Below are positions 35,897-45,714 of a DNA stretch of 64,000 nt, in pieces. Position 1 is the first letter of the stretch, and every line of letters begins with the position of its first letter. A program made the position numbers and the translations under genes. A model generated the notes under the pieces. That model worked only from the letters and a program-made list of their open reading frames with translations, was not told where the DNA came from and did no database searches. Source of the stretch: Acidobacteriota bacterium (GTDB lineage: Bacteria > Acidobacteriota > UBA4820 > DSQY01); the NCBI GenBank assembly GCA_021787565.1, contig JAJYLT010000007.1:19227-83226 (forward strand), in the 5' to 3' direction.

Positions 35897-37735
35897 ATGG
35901 ATTACAAAGACGACCTGCGAGACGTGAAGTTCAACCTGTTCGAGTGGCTGCCGCTGAATAAGGTGCTCGCCTCGGAGCGCTACAGCGCCTTCGAACGCCC
36001 CGACCTGGAGATGATCCTCGACGAGGCGCTCAAGCTGGCCCAGGGCGAGCTCGCCCCGACCAACGAGGAGGGAGACCGGATCGGCGCCCGTTTCGTGGAC
36101 GGCAAGGTCATCATGCCCGAGTGCTTCCGCAAGGCTTATCAAACCGTGGCCGCGGGCGGCTACATCGGCGCCTCAGCCGATCCGGAGCTCGGGGGCATGG
36201 GGCTCCCCGACAGCGTGGGGACAGCCGTCAACGAGTTCATCATGGGCGCCAACGTGGCGCTCGGCCTCACCCTCATCCTGGGCCGGGGCACGGGGCACCT
36301 CATCGAGACCTTCGGCACCGATGAGATGAAGTCCCTCTACTGCGAGAAGCTCTACAGCGGCCAGTGGGGAGGCACCATGTGCCTCACCGAGCCCGGCGCC
36401 GGCAGCGACGTGGGGGCCAGCAAGACCCGGGCGGTCAAGACCGGCGAGGGCAGGTACAAGATCACGGGCGAGAAGATCTTCATCACGTCCGGCGACCACG
36501 ACCTGGCGCCCAACATCATCCACGCCGTGCTGGCGCGAACCCCCGACGCTCCTCCCGGAACCAAGGGGCTGAGCCTCTTCATCGTGCCCAAGATCCGCAT
36601 CAAGCCGGACGGCTCCCTCGGCGAACCCAACGACGTGGCGGTGGGCAACATCGAGCACAAGCTGGGCATCCACGGCTCACCCACCTGCGCCATGGTCTTC
36701 GGGGCCAACGACGGCTGCGAGGGCGTCATCCTCGGCGAAGAGAGCCAGGGCATGACGGAGATGTTCCAGATGATGAACGCGGCCCGTTACGAAGTGGGGC
36801 TGCAGAACATGGCCGTGGCCTCCACCGCCTACCAGCACGCCCTGGCTTACGCCAAGGAGCGCCTCCAGGGCAAGCACTTCAAGGACCGCTCGCCGGACGG
36901 CCCGCAGGTGCCCATCGTGGAGCATCCCGACGTGCGCCGCATGCTGCTCACCCAGATGTCTTACGTCCAGGCCATGAGGGCGCTCCTCTACTTCACGGCC
37001 TGGAGCATGGACATGGCGCGCATCACGGAGGGCGAGGAGCGCAACCTGCATCAGGGCTACCTCGAACTCCTCACGCCCATCTGCAAGGCTTGGTGCACCG
37101 ACTGGGGCGTCAAGGTGGCGGATCTGGCGGTGCAGTGCTTCGGCGGCTACGGCTACACCATGGAGTACCCGGCGGAGCAGTACCTGCGGGATGCCCGCAT
37201 CGCCCCCATCTACGAGGGGACCAACGGCATCCAGGCCCTGGACCTCTGCTTCCGCAAGCTCAGGATGCAGGACGGCAAGCCCATCAAGACCCTGCTCCAG
37301 CGCGTGGCGGAGGCGGTGCAGGACAACGTCACCGACACCGAATTGGGCGCCTCGGCCATGCACCTCGGCGCCGCCCTGAAGGAGCTCACCTCGGTCATGA
37401 ACATGCTCCAGAGCCGGATGGACGCTCCCCTGATCATGCTCTCCAACGCGGTCTCCCTGCTGGACATGATCGGCCACGTCTTCGCCGGAAGCCTCCTGCT
37501 GGAGCAGGCGGTCATGGCGCGCAAGCGGCTCTCAGCCATCTGCCGCGAGAAGGATGTGGACACCACCGACAAGAAGGCCTACCATGCCTTCCTGAAGGAG
37601 AACGGCGAGGCGCAGTTCTACCACAACAAGGTGCAGGCGGCGGTCCACTTCATGCACCGCGGCGTGCCCCTCGTTCTGGCCGAGGCGGTGGCCATCAAGA
37701 CCGCCGAGCCGTCGGTCTACGACGTCTCCTTCTGA
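35897..37735 (+). CDS. Acyl-CoA dehydrogenase (long, ~600 aa FadE-like family)
   Basis: GTMCLTEPGAGSDVG, GEKIFITSG, IEHKLGIHGSPTC, QCFGGYGY, IYEGTNGIQALDL. Confidence 0.95.
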   Translation: MDYKDDLRDVKFNLFEWLPLNKVLASERYSAFERPDLEMILDEALKLAQGELAPTNEEGDRIGARFVDGKVIMPECFRKAYQTVAAGGYIGASADPELGGMGLPDSVGTAVNEFIMGANVALGLTLILGRGTGHLIETFGTDEMKSLYCEKLYSGQWGGTMCLTEPGAGSDVGASKTRAVKTGEGRYKITGEKIFITSGDHDLAPNIIHAVLARTPDAPPGTKGLSLFIVPKIRIKPDGSLGEPNDVAVGNIEHKLGIHGSPTCAMVFGANDGCEGVILGEESQGMTEMFQMMNAARYEVGLQNMAVASTAYQHALAYAKERLQGKHFKDRSPDGPQVPIVEHPDVRRMLLTQMSYVQAMRALLYFTAWSMDMARITEGEERNLHQGYLELLTPICKAWCTDWGVKVADLAVQCFGGYGYTMEYPAEQYLRDARIAPIYEGTNGIQALDLCFRKLRMQDGKPIKTLLQRVAEAVQDNVTDTELGASAMHLGAALKELTSVMNMLQSRMDAPLIMLSNAVSLLDMIGHVFAGSLLLEQAVMARKRLSAICREKDVDTTDKKAYHAFLKENGEAQFYHNKVQAAVHFMHRGVPLVLAEAVAIKTAEPSVYDVSF

Positions 37736-37745
37736 CGGGAGGCGC

Positions 37746-39953
37746 ATGCAAACGGGAGAGCATCGGCCCAGGGCCGGCTCTGCGAATCGGGGCGCCCGGG
37801 GGATCTCCCGGGCGCTCCTGCGTTGGGCCGCCGCTCTGCTCGCGCTCGGCGCCACGGCGGTCCCGCGCGCGGCCGCGGCAGGGAGCGAAGCCCCTTCCGG
37901 CAACCTGGCGGAAGCGGCTCACTTGAGGCGGGCCGGGGAGTGGCCGGCGGCGGAGGCGCTCTTCAAGCAGCTCTGGATCGGGGAGCCCGAGGGCGAGCGC
38001 CTGCGGACCGAGGCGCTGGCCTACGGCCGCATGGCCCTCCTGTGCGACCACGCCGCCGACGCGCAGGCGCCCCTGCGGGAGACGGCCGACGCGTCCGGCC
38101 CGCTGGCCCCTTACGGGCGTCTGCTCCTCGGGGAGTGCCTGCTGAAGCTGGCCAAGCCATCGGAGGCCGCCTCCGAGGCGCGTCGCCTCCTGGGAGCCCC
38201 CCATCCGGACGACCTGGACCGCCGCGCCCTCGAGCTGCTCGCCGAGGCCGAGAGCGACGCGGGAAGACCCGCGGCTGCGGCGCGGGCCTACCGCAGGCTG
38301 CTCGCCCTGCGCCTTCCCAAGGACGAGCAGGACGAAGCGAACTTCGAGCTCGCTTCGCTCCTCGACCGGATGGGCCGCCGCCGGCAGGCCTTCGCCCTCT
38401 ACCGTGCCCTCTACCAGAGGCCCGCCTGCCCGTACGGCCGCGCCTCCGGCGAGCGCATGCGGCGGCTGGCGGCAGAGGGCGTCTCCAAGCTGCCGCTTCG
38501 ATCGCCCGCGCAGGCCCTCGAATTCGCCCGCAGGCTTCTGGCGGCGGGCCGCCGGGAGGATGCCCTTCAGGTGCTGTCCGCAATCGGCGGCCCCGCCCTC
38601 AAGGGTGAAGCGGCGGAGCGGGAAGCCCTGCTGAGGGTTTCCATTCTGTATGCCCTCAGGGAGAACGCGGCCACGGTGGAGGCCGCCGACCGCATGCTGG
38701 CGCGCTTCGGACCGAATAAGGAGAGCCTTGCGGCCTCTCTCAAGGCCGCCTGGGCCCTCCTCCGGACGGGGGACCACGAGGCCGTGGTGGCGCGATGCCG
38801 GGCCTTGCTGGAGAAGGCGGGTGACGAGGGGGCCCTCAAGCTTGAGGCCCTTCACTGCATGGGAACCTCCGCCTACGTGCACGGACTTTTCGAGGAGGCC
38901 GCGCGGGATTTCGGTGACGCGGAGGGGATGGCCGGATCGGCCGCCACCGCCGTCTCCACCTCCTACAAACGGGCCTGGTGCCTCTTCCGGCTCGGGGACT
39001 ACGCCGGAGCCGGGCGGCTCTTTCTCGGAGCCGCCTCGGGCCGCGGTGACGCCGGTTACGAGGGGCCTTCGGCCTACTGGGCGGCGCGGTCGGCCCTCCG
39101 CACGGGCGACCGTCCCGCCGCCATCGGCGGACTGGTCCGCCTGGCCGAATCCCCGGCGGGCTACTGGGCCTGGCAGGCCCGCCTCGCGCTCCAGGGGATG
39201 GGGATTCCGCTGCCGGCGACCCCGGTACCGGCTCTGCCCTCGCCATGGGAGCCCTCCCTCGCTTCGGACCAGACCGCCCTGGCCCGCAGCCTCGACTTGG
39301 CGGGCATGGAGGTGGACGCCGCGCGGGCCTTCGAATCTTACTATCGGAAGCACCGCAAGGATCCCGACGCGGCCCTCACCATGGCCACCCTCCTGGCCAG
39401 GGCCGGCCGTCAGGCCTCGGCGCAGGCCATCCTCCGGATCTCCTTCCCCGGAGTCCCCGACCGCTTGGCCATCCCCCCGCAAGCCCTGGCGGTGGAGTAT
39501 CCGGCACGGGAGCTGGGGCGGATCCGCCCCCTGGCCGTCCGGGTGGGCCTCGCGCCGGCCCTCGTGCTGGCCGTCATCCGCCAGGAGAGCGGGTTCGACG
39601 AGCGGGCCCTCTCCACAGCGGGGGCCGAAGGCCTCATGCAGCTCATGCCCGATACGGCGGAGGACCTCGCCGGGCCATCGCGAGGAGACCCCTCCTCGCC
39701 GGATCTCATGAATCCCCAGGTGAACCTGGAGCTGGGCATACGCTACCTGGGTACCCTGGCGAAGCGCTTTCCCACGGCCCCCGCCGTGGCCAGCTACAAC
39801 GCCGGCGAAGAGATCGTGGCGGGGTGGATCGAGGCCTTCGGCGCCCAGGATGAACCGGAGTTCGTGGCCATGATTCCCTACCGCGAAACGCGGATCTACA
39901 CGGCGCGCGTGCTCTGGAACCTGCACCGGTATCAGGAGGCTGTGGGACGCTAG
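37746..39953 (+). CDS. Soluble lytic transglycosylase (Slt-like) with TPR-like repeats
   Basis: AVIRQESGF, GLMQLMP, NLELGIRYL, ASYNAG, IPYRETRIY. Confidence 0.92.
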   Translation: MQTGEHRPRAGSANRGARGISRALLRWAAALLALGATAVPRAAAAGSEAPSGNLAEAAHLRRAGEWPAAEALFKQLWIGEPEGERLRTEALAYGRMALLCDHAADAQAPLRETADASGPLAPYGRLLLGECLLKLAKPSEAASEARRLLGAPHPDDLDRRALELLAEAESDAGRPAAAARAYRRLLALRLPKDEQDEANFELASLLDRMGRRRQAFALYRALYQRPACPYGRASGERMRRLAAEGVSKLPLRSPAQALEFARRLLAAGRREDALQVLSAIGGPALKGEAAEREALLRVSILYALRENAATVEAADRMLARFGPNKESLAASLKAAWALLRTGDHEAVVARCRALLEKAGDEGALKLEALHCMGTSAYVHGLFEEAARDFGDAEGMAGSAATAVSTSYKRAWCLFRLGDYAGAGRLFLGAASGRGDAGYEGPSAYWAARSALRTGDRPAAIGGLVRLAESPAGYWAWQARLALQGMGIPLPATPVPALPSPWEPSLASDQTALARSLDLAGMEVDAARAFESYYRKHRKDPDAALTMATLLARAGRQASAQAILRISFPGVPDRLAIPPQALAVEYPARELGRIRPLAVRVGLAPALVLAVIRQESGFDERALSTAGAEGLMQLMPDTAEDLAGPSRGDPSSPDLMNPQVNLELGIRYLGTLAKRFPTAPAVASYNAGEEIVAGWIEAFGAQDEPEFVAMIPYRETRIYTARVLWNLHRYQEAVGR

Positions 39954-40044
39954 AGAAGAAGAGGTTCGGGCAGTGGGGCGGGCGCCCTCGCCCGCCAAGG
40001 GTCATCAGGCGCTGGACGCTACCCCTTCCGGTCCAACAGCTTCT

Positions 40045-40187
40045 GGATCTCCGATGGAATTTGGCGCGTAGGAGCGCCGCCCCCGGCGCGATGGGCCGCT
40101 CATGGGAACCGCATCGTCTCAGCGGGTTCCCCCGGATCGCGGCGAGGCGCCGCTCCTACAGAGGGGTTGCGCCTCCATCGCGGAATT
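40045..40187. repeat. 143 bp REP-doublet (REPIN-like) element, copy 1, diverged
   Basis: GTAGGAGCGCCGCCCCCGGCGCGA, 45 nt spacer, TCGCGGCGAGGCGCCGCTCCTAC; right end ATCGCGGAATT. Confidence 0.85.
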
Positions 40188-40281
40188 TCGGCGGGCGCGC
40201 CGAGCTTCCGGCGAGCGATGCCGTCATGCTAGAGTGGCCGGCTTGGGGCCTTTCCGGCGGGCGCCGGCGAGGGGTTGCCCC

Positions 40282-41748
40282 ATGGAGGAGGTGGGCATCG
40301 TGAGCGAGGAAGCGAAGACCCCAGCAGCCGCCGAAGATCCCCAGCTTTCACCGTTTCGCGAGGTGGTCCAGCCCTTCATCGACCTCGTCCACGCCTCCAG
40401 GGCCCTCTGGGCCGTGAATGTCTCCTACTTCCTCGAGGGGCTCATCTACTTCGGCTGGCTGTCGCTCCTGGCCCTCTTCTGCAACCGGTTCGTGGGGATG
40501 AACGACCTGCACGCGGACTGGATGGTCAGCTTCCTCACGGCCGGCATCACTCTCTCCATGCTCTTTTTCGGCGGGGTGGCCGACAAGATAGGGGTCCGCA
40601 AGGCCCTGATTTTGTCTGTCTTTCTCATGCTCGTGGGCCGGCTGATCATGGTGTCCGCCGTCGGCCTCTTCCCCGGCGCCCAGGGGACGCTCTTCTGGAC
40701 GACGGTGCTGGGCATCATGGGGGTGGTGCTCGGATACGGCCTCTACCAGCCCGCCGCGTACACGGCCGTGCGGGAGTACTGCGACGAGCGCACGGCGGCC
40801 ATGGGCTACGCCATGCTCTACGCCCTGATGAACCTCGGCGGGGCGCTGCCCGGCTTCATCTCCCCGCCCATCCGCATGAAGTGGGACATCCCCGGCGTCT
40901 TCTGGACCTACGTGGGGCTCACGGGGCTGGGGCTCCTGCTCCTCTTCATCATTCTGACCAAGCGGGTGGAGCGCGAAACGCTGGCCGCCGTGGCCGGTTA
41001 CCGGAAGGTCCACGAAAAGGAGAGCGCCGACAAGGACCAGAAGGAGCTGGACGAAGCGGCGGCCGAGAAGGCCGCACTGGCGGGCAGGCCGTGGATCGAA
41101 AGGGCCTGGTACTGGATCAGGAACCACCCGCTGGCGGACCCCAAGTTCGCCTTCTTCATCTTCTGCCTGATCCCCGTGCAGACGCTCTTCGCGCACAACT
41201 GGCTCACCCTGCCGCAGTACGTCTACAGGGCCATGGGCAGCGTGGGGCACCACTACATGGAGTTCTTCGTCAACTTCATCAACCCCACGCTCATCTTCAT
41301 CCTCACCCCGTCCATCGCCGCCCTGACGCGCAAGCGGAACGTCTACAACATGATGATCGCCGGCACCTTCGTGATGGCCATCCCCACCTTCCTGCTCTCC
41401 ATCCACGCGACCCCGAACGGCCGGATCTGGCTGCTGCTCGGCTACCTCGTCGTGACCTCCGTGGGCGAAGCCATGTGGCAACCCCGCTTCCTGCAGTACG
41501 CGGCGGAGATCGCCCCCAAGGGTCGCACCGGCGCCTACATGGGCGTGGCCCAGTTCCCCTGGTTCCTCACCAAGGTCATCACGGGCCTCTACGCCGGCTG
41601 GTTCCTCATGCGCTACTGCCCGGCCAAGGGACCGGTCCATCCGGAGATGATGTGGTTCATCTACGCCTGCATCGCCATGGCCTCCACCGTCATGCTCATC
41701 CTCGCCAAGGGCTGGCTCGGCAAGGATTTCAAGACGAAGAAGGAGTGA
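40282..41748 (+). CDS. MFS transporter, possibly peptide (POT-like)
   Basis: About 12 TM helices; GGVADKIGVRKAL motif A; GEAMWQPRFLQYAAEIAPKGRTGAYMG. Confidence 0.85.
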   Translation: MEEVGIVSEEAKTPAAAEDPQLSPFREVVQPFIDLVHASRALWAVNVSYFLEGLIYFGWLSLLALFCNRFVGMNDLHADWMVSFLTAGITLSMLFFGGVADKIGVRKALILSVFLMLVGRLIMVSAVGLFPGAQGTLFWTTVLGIMGVVLGYGLYQPAAYTAVREYCDERTAAMGYAMLYALMNLGGALPGFISPPIRMKWDIPGVFWTYVGLTGLGLLLLFIILTKRVERETLAAVAGYRKVHEKESADKDQKELDEAAAEKAALAGRPWIERAWYWIRNHPLADPKFAFFIFCLIPVQTLFAHNWLTLPQYVYRAMGSVGHHYMEFFVNFINPTLIFILTPSIAALTRKRNVYNMMIAGTFVMAIPTFLLSIHATPNGRIWLLLGYLVVTSVGEAMWQPRFLQYAAEIAPKGRTGAYMGVAQFPWFLTKVITGLYAGWFLMRYCPAKGPVHPEMMWFIYACIAMASTVMLILAKGWLGKDFKTKKE

Positions 41749-41812
41749 CGAGGGGCGGACCCGGCAACCTCCCTACCTTCCCGTGCGTACAAGGAGGTGA
41801 GGAGGTGACACC

Positions 41813-42427
41813 ATGGCCATCCAATGGGTTCGTCGCGGTCTCGTCGCCGTGCTGGTCGCTGCGCTTCTGTCCGCCGCCCTGCCGCTTCTGGCCCAGAGCA
41901 GGTCCGACGAAGTGGTCCAGTTCCGCATCCAGGGTGAGCGGGACGGCGCCGTCATCGAGATGCCCCTGAAGGTCCTCGAATTCCTCGACCAGCACAAGGT
42001 GGAAAAGGGATTGCGGGGATGCCGCGTGGAGGGCCAGCAGGTCACGCTGGACCTCGGCAAGGTGCTCGATGCGCTCAAGAAGGAGAACAAGGGCGGGGAG
42101 AGCCAGCTCTTCACGGTGGAGGAGCACGGCCGCAAGAGCTCGGTCACGGTCGGCTTTGCCCCCTCAGCCCAGCCGAGGCCCGGCAAGGCCCCCACGAACT
42201 TCGTGCTGCAGGCCAGGGACAAGGGCGAGGTCGGTGAGGGGACCCGAATCTCCGTGCCCCTTTCCACCGTTCAGTCCCTTCTGTCGGGGCTCAAGGTCGA
42301 GGGCAAGGGGCCGGTGGATGCCGAGGCCCTCTTCGCCCAGCTCGTCCCCTTCGCCAGGCAGCTCGGCACCGGCCTGCTCGCCCGCGTCGTCAGCAACGAC
42401 GGAGAGGTCACGCTGAGCCTGGAGTAG
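41813..42427 (+). CDS. Hypothetical secreted protein
   Basis: Doubled AGGAGGTG RBS, signal peptide, GC-typical codon use. Confidence 0.75.
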   Translation: MAIQWVRRGLVAVLVAALLSAALPLLAQSRSDEVVQFRIQGERDGAVIEMPLKVLEFLDQHKVEKGLRGCRVEGQQVTLDLGKVLDALKKENKGGESQLFTVEEHGRKSSVTVGFAPSAQPRPGKAPTNFVLQARDKGEVGEGTRISVPLSTVQSLLSGLKVEGKGPVDAEALFAQLVPFARQLGTGLLARVVSNDGEVTLSLE

Positions 42428-42553
42428 GATTTTTTCGGACCGCGCCGAGAAATGAGGGGCGGTGCCCGCGAGGTGCCGCCCCTTTTCCCCTGGCCTGTCA
42501 GCGATCTCTGGCGGCCTGGAGGTGAGCACTCAGGCCAAAGGCCTGGGCCGGCC

Positions 42554-44428
42554 TCAGGCCGCGAGCATGCGTCTGCCCCAGTGGGCGAGGACCACGAGGT
42601 TCCAGAGGAGCAGACCCCTGTCCTTTCCGTCGAGGTGTTCCTGCAAGACCCGGCGCACCTCGGCGGTGTGGAAGTAGTCGGCCATCCAGTCGGCGCCGTC
42701 CAGGGTCTCCTCCACGAAGCCCTTCAGCGGGCCGCGGATCCAGCCGTTCCACGGCACGGGGAAGCCCAGCTTCCTGCGGTAGGCCACGCCGTGGGGGATC
42801 CCCGCCTTCACGGCATACCGCTTGAGCAGGTACTTGGTGATCCCTCGGTTGATCTTCAGGCGCTGAGGCAGATGGAAGCAGAAGGTGAGCAAATCGACGT
42901 CGAGGAAGGGGACGCGCATCTCCAAGCCATGGGCCATGGACATGCGGTCGGAGTGGTTGAGCAGGTTGTCCGGGAGCCAACCCTTGCAGAGGGTCGAGAG
43001 AATGGCGTCCAGGGGGCCTCTGTGGCTGGGCACCTCGGTGTAGAAGGCATCGAGCGTACGGTCGTAGGGGGGTGGCATGCAGTCCTTCAGGAGCCGGTTC
43101 ATGGTTGCCGGAGGCAGGGGCATCGTGAGGTCATACCGGATCTTGCCGGGGAGCTGGCCGGGCACGGCGCGCCGGATCTCCTCCCAGCGGGCCAGCTGCG
43201 CCCTCTTGTGGTCCCGCCTTGCGATGGCGGCGGCCGCCGCCCGTGCCCCGGGGAGCCCCCTGAGCAGGACGATGGAGCGGATCTGCCTGAGCACGCGGTC
43301 CAGGTGATAGCCCCCGAGGACCTCGTCGGCCCCCTGTCCCGAAAGGAGCACCTTCACGCTGGAAGAGGCCAGGCCGCACACGTGGTAGAGCGGGATCACG
43401 GCCACGTCGGCCACGGGGTCGTCCAGGCGGGAGAGCACGGTGCCCAGAGAGTCCGCGAAGCGCTCCGGCGTGATCGTGACCTCGTGGTGGTCCGTCTCGA
43501 GCTGCTGGGCCACGGCCTTGGCCCAGCTCCTCTCGTCGTGGCCCTGCTCCTCGAAGGCCACGGTGAAGGTGGCCATGCGCTCCTGGCCGCATTGGCGCAG
43601 GGCCGCCGCCAGGGCCGAGGAGTCCACGCCGCCCGACAGCAGGAGCCCCACGGGCACGTCGGAGATGAGGCGCCGCCGGACCGAGGCCTCGAAGAGTTCG
43701 CGGAACCGCTCCAGCGCCTCCGCCTCCCCCATCTTGTGGATCCGGTCGCCGATGGGCAGCCGCCAGTAGGGGGAGATGCGGATCCCCTCCGCGGAGGCCG
43801 TGAGGAGGTGGCCGGGAGGCAGCTTCTGCACCGATTTCAGCAAGGTGCGGGGGGCCAGGACGTAGCGGCAGGCCACCTGCTCGGCCAGGGCCCGGGGGTT
43901 CAGCTCCCGGCTGACCTCGGGGTGCCGGAGGAGGGGCGGGATCTCGGAGGCGAAGACCAGCCCGTCTCTGACCCTCGACCAGTAGAGGGGCTTGATGCCG
44001 AGGCGGTCGCGGCAGAGCAGGAGCTTCCGCTCCGAGCGGTCCCACAGGGCGAAGGCCCACATGCCGTTGAACCGGTTCAGCGCATCCCTTCCCCAAACCA
44101 TGAAGGCCCTAAGGAGGACCTCCGTGTCGGACCGGGTGGAGAAGGTCTCCCCGAGGCGCTCCAGATCGGCGCGCAGCTCCGGATGGTTGTAGATCTCTCC
44201 GTTGTAGACGATGACGTAGCGGCCGTCGGGGCTGACCATGGGCTGGGCGGCGGCGGGCGTGAGGTCGATGATGGAGAGCCTGCGGTGCCCCAGGGACACC
44301 CCCGCCTCGTGCAGGAAGCCTTCGCCGTCCGGGCCGCGGTGGGCGATCTGCTCCGCCATCCTCTCCGTGGTACCGGGGCGCACGAGGGAAGGCTCGCCGA
44401 ACCCCACCTCCCCGCAGATACCGCACAT
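42554..44428 (-). CDS. asnB: Asparagine synthase (glutamine-hydrolysing) family amidotransferase
   Basis: MCGICG, HRGPD, LGHRRLSIIDL, YNGEIYN, RDRLGIKPLY, LLSGGVDSS, LSGQGADE, DRMSMAHGLEMRVPFLD. Confidence 0.93.
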   Translation of the reverse strand: MCGICGEVGFGEPSLVRPGTTERMAEQIAHRGPDGEGFLHEAGVSLGHRRLSIIDLTPAAAQPMVSPDGRYVIVYNGEIYNHPELRADLERLGETFSTRSDTEVLLRAFMVWGRDALNRFNGMWAFALWDRSERKLLLCRDRLGIKPLYWSRVRDGLVFASEIPPLLRHPEVSRELNPRALAEQVACRYVLAPRTLLKSVQKLPPGHLLTASAEGIRISPYWRLPIGDRIHKMGEAEALERFRELFEASVRRRLISDVPVGLLLSGGVDSSALAAALRQCGQERMATFTVAFEEQGHDERSWAKAVAQQLETDHHEVTITPERFADSLGTVLSRLDDPVADVAVIPLYHVCGLASSSVKVLLSGQGADEVLGGYHLDRVLRQIRSIVLLRGLPGARAAAAAIARRDHKRAQLARWEEIRRAVPGQLPGKIRYDLTMPLPPATMNRLLKDCMPPPYDRTLDAFYTEVPSHRGPLDAILSTLCKGWLPDNLLNHSDRMSMAHGLEMRVPFLDVDLLTFCFHLPQRLKINRGITKYLLKRYAVKAGIPHGVAYRRKLGFPVPWNGWIRGPLKGFVEETLDGADWMADYFHTAEVRRVLQEHLDGKDRGLLLWNLVVLAHWGRRMLAA

Positions 44429-44444
44429 GGGCTCCTCCCCGAGC

Positions 44445-44473
44445 ATTGTAGAGGTGCGGGGGTGGGCTGTCCA
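44445..44473 (-). promoter_or_regulatory. Sigma70-like promoter of asnB
   Basis: TGGACA-N17-TACAAT on the minus strand. Confidence 0.55.
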
Positions 44474-44493
44474 GGAGGAAGGAGCGTGAACTG

Positions 44494-44669
44494 GGGGACT
44501 AGGGGACTAGGGGACTAGGGGACTAGGGGACTAGGAGACTAGGGGACTAGGGGACTAGGAGACTAGGAGACTAGGGGACTAGGAGACTAGGTGACTAGGG
44601 GACTAGGGGACTAGGGGACTAGGGGACTAGGAGACTAGGAGACTAGGAGACTAGGGGACTAGGAGACTA
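44494..44669 (+). repeat. Octamer tandem array (GG[G/A/T]GACTA)x22
   Basis: 22 contiguous units; only position 3 varies. Confidence 0.97.
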
Positions 44670-44798
44670 GGGAAAGAAGGCCGTGCAGGCGTCTCCTGGG
44701 TGAGGCGAGCAAGGTGTGAATCGAGCTGAGGCCCGCCTCCCCAGACGGGTTGACTTTGGGCTTTTCGCCAGCGCCGCGTGACTCGCGTTTCGCACCCA

Positions 44799-44941
44799 AG
44801 TTCCGCGATGGAATTGCACTCGTAGGAGCGCCGCCCCCGGCGCGACGGAGCGTACGCGGGCACCGCATCCTGGTCGCAGGGTCACCCGGATCGCGGCGAG
44901 GCGCCGCTCCTACGCAGGCGTTGAGCCGCTATCGCGGAATT
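44799..44941. repeat. 143 bp REP-doublet element, copy 2
   Basis: Outer inverted repeat TTCCGCGAT/ATCGCGGAA around inverted GTAG REPs. Confidence 0.9.
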
Positions 44942-45006
44942 GGGGTTCGCATCTCCCCCTTGTCCCGATTGGCCCTCCGGCGGTACGCTACTGGGCCGGA
45001 GGAGCC

Positions 45007-45714
45007 ATGGCGCCTCGTGATTTCAAATCCGCGCTGAAGGCCGTTTCGTACGTCGGTGCGAAGGCCTTCTTCTGGCCGCTCTTCAGGCTCTACTTCCGCG
45101 TCAGGGTGAAGGGAGGGGAGCGGGTCCCGCCGCGGGGCGCCTTCCTCCTGGCGGCGAACCACTTCTCCTTCGCGGACCCGCTCATCCTGGGGTGCTTCCT
45201 TCGCAGGCGCCTCTGGTTCGTCATGGCCGAAGACCAGTTCGAGAAGCCCATCGTCAAGACCTTCTCGCGCCTCATGGACGTGGTCCCTGTGAAGGCCGGC
45301 GCGGCCTTCCAGCTCTCGGCGGCGCGGAGGATCCTGGGCCTTCTCAAGCACGGCCGGGCCGTGGCCATCTTCCCCGAGGGGCGCCGGTCGAATACGGGCG
45401 GTCTCCTCGATCCCCAACCCGGTCTCGGCGTTTTCGCCTCCAGGGCCGAGGTGAGGGTGGTGCCGGTGGCCATCGTGGGCACCCGGGAAGCCTATCCGCC
45501 GGGACGGCGCTATCCTAGGCCCGGCCGGGTGACGCTACGCGTGGGCGAACCCATCACCTTCCCCGGGGACACGCTCCCGGAGACCATCGCCCGGCGCACC
45601 ATGGAGGCCATCGCGGAGCTCCTTCAAGAGGAGGGGCGCAGCGATTACCTGGGGGTGTTCGCCGCCTCCCAGAGCGGCTGCGCCGCGCAGGAAGGAGGCG
45701 GCGGTCGTGGCTAG
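45007..45714 (+). CDS. plsC: 1-acyl-sn-glycerol-3-phosphate acyltransferase
   Basis: ANHFSFADP (HxxxxD), IFPEGRRS, VVPVAIVG. Confidence 0.9.
   Translation: MAPRDFKSALKAVSYVGAKAFFWPLFRLYFRVRVKGGERVPPRGAFLLAANHFSFADPLILGCFLRRRLWFVMAEDQFEKPIVKTFSRLMDVVPVKAGAAFQLSAARRILGLLKHGRAVAIFPEGRRSNTGGLLDPQPGLGVFASRAEVRVVPVAIVGTREAYPPGRRYPRPGRVTLRVGEPITFPGDTLPETIARRTMEAIAELLQEEGRSDYLGVFAASQSGCAAQEGGGGRG

Noticed and set aside
37695-39998. Long antisense ORFs (767 aa here; also 3620-5158, 13167-14870, 42452-44518, 53856-55754)
   Set aside because: Shadow frames of well-supported genes in high-GC DNA; no recognisable motifs.
42554-44428. asnB as a lasso-peptide cyclase or other RiPP enzyme
   Set aside because: Full glutaminase domain with N-terminal Cys; no precursor, B protein or RRE nearby.
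44494-44669. CRISPR array
   Set aside because: Contiguous 8-mers with no spacers, and no cas genes in the window.
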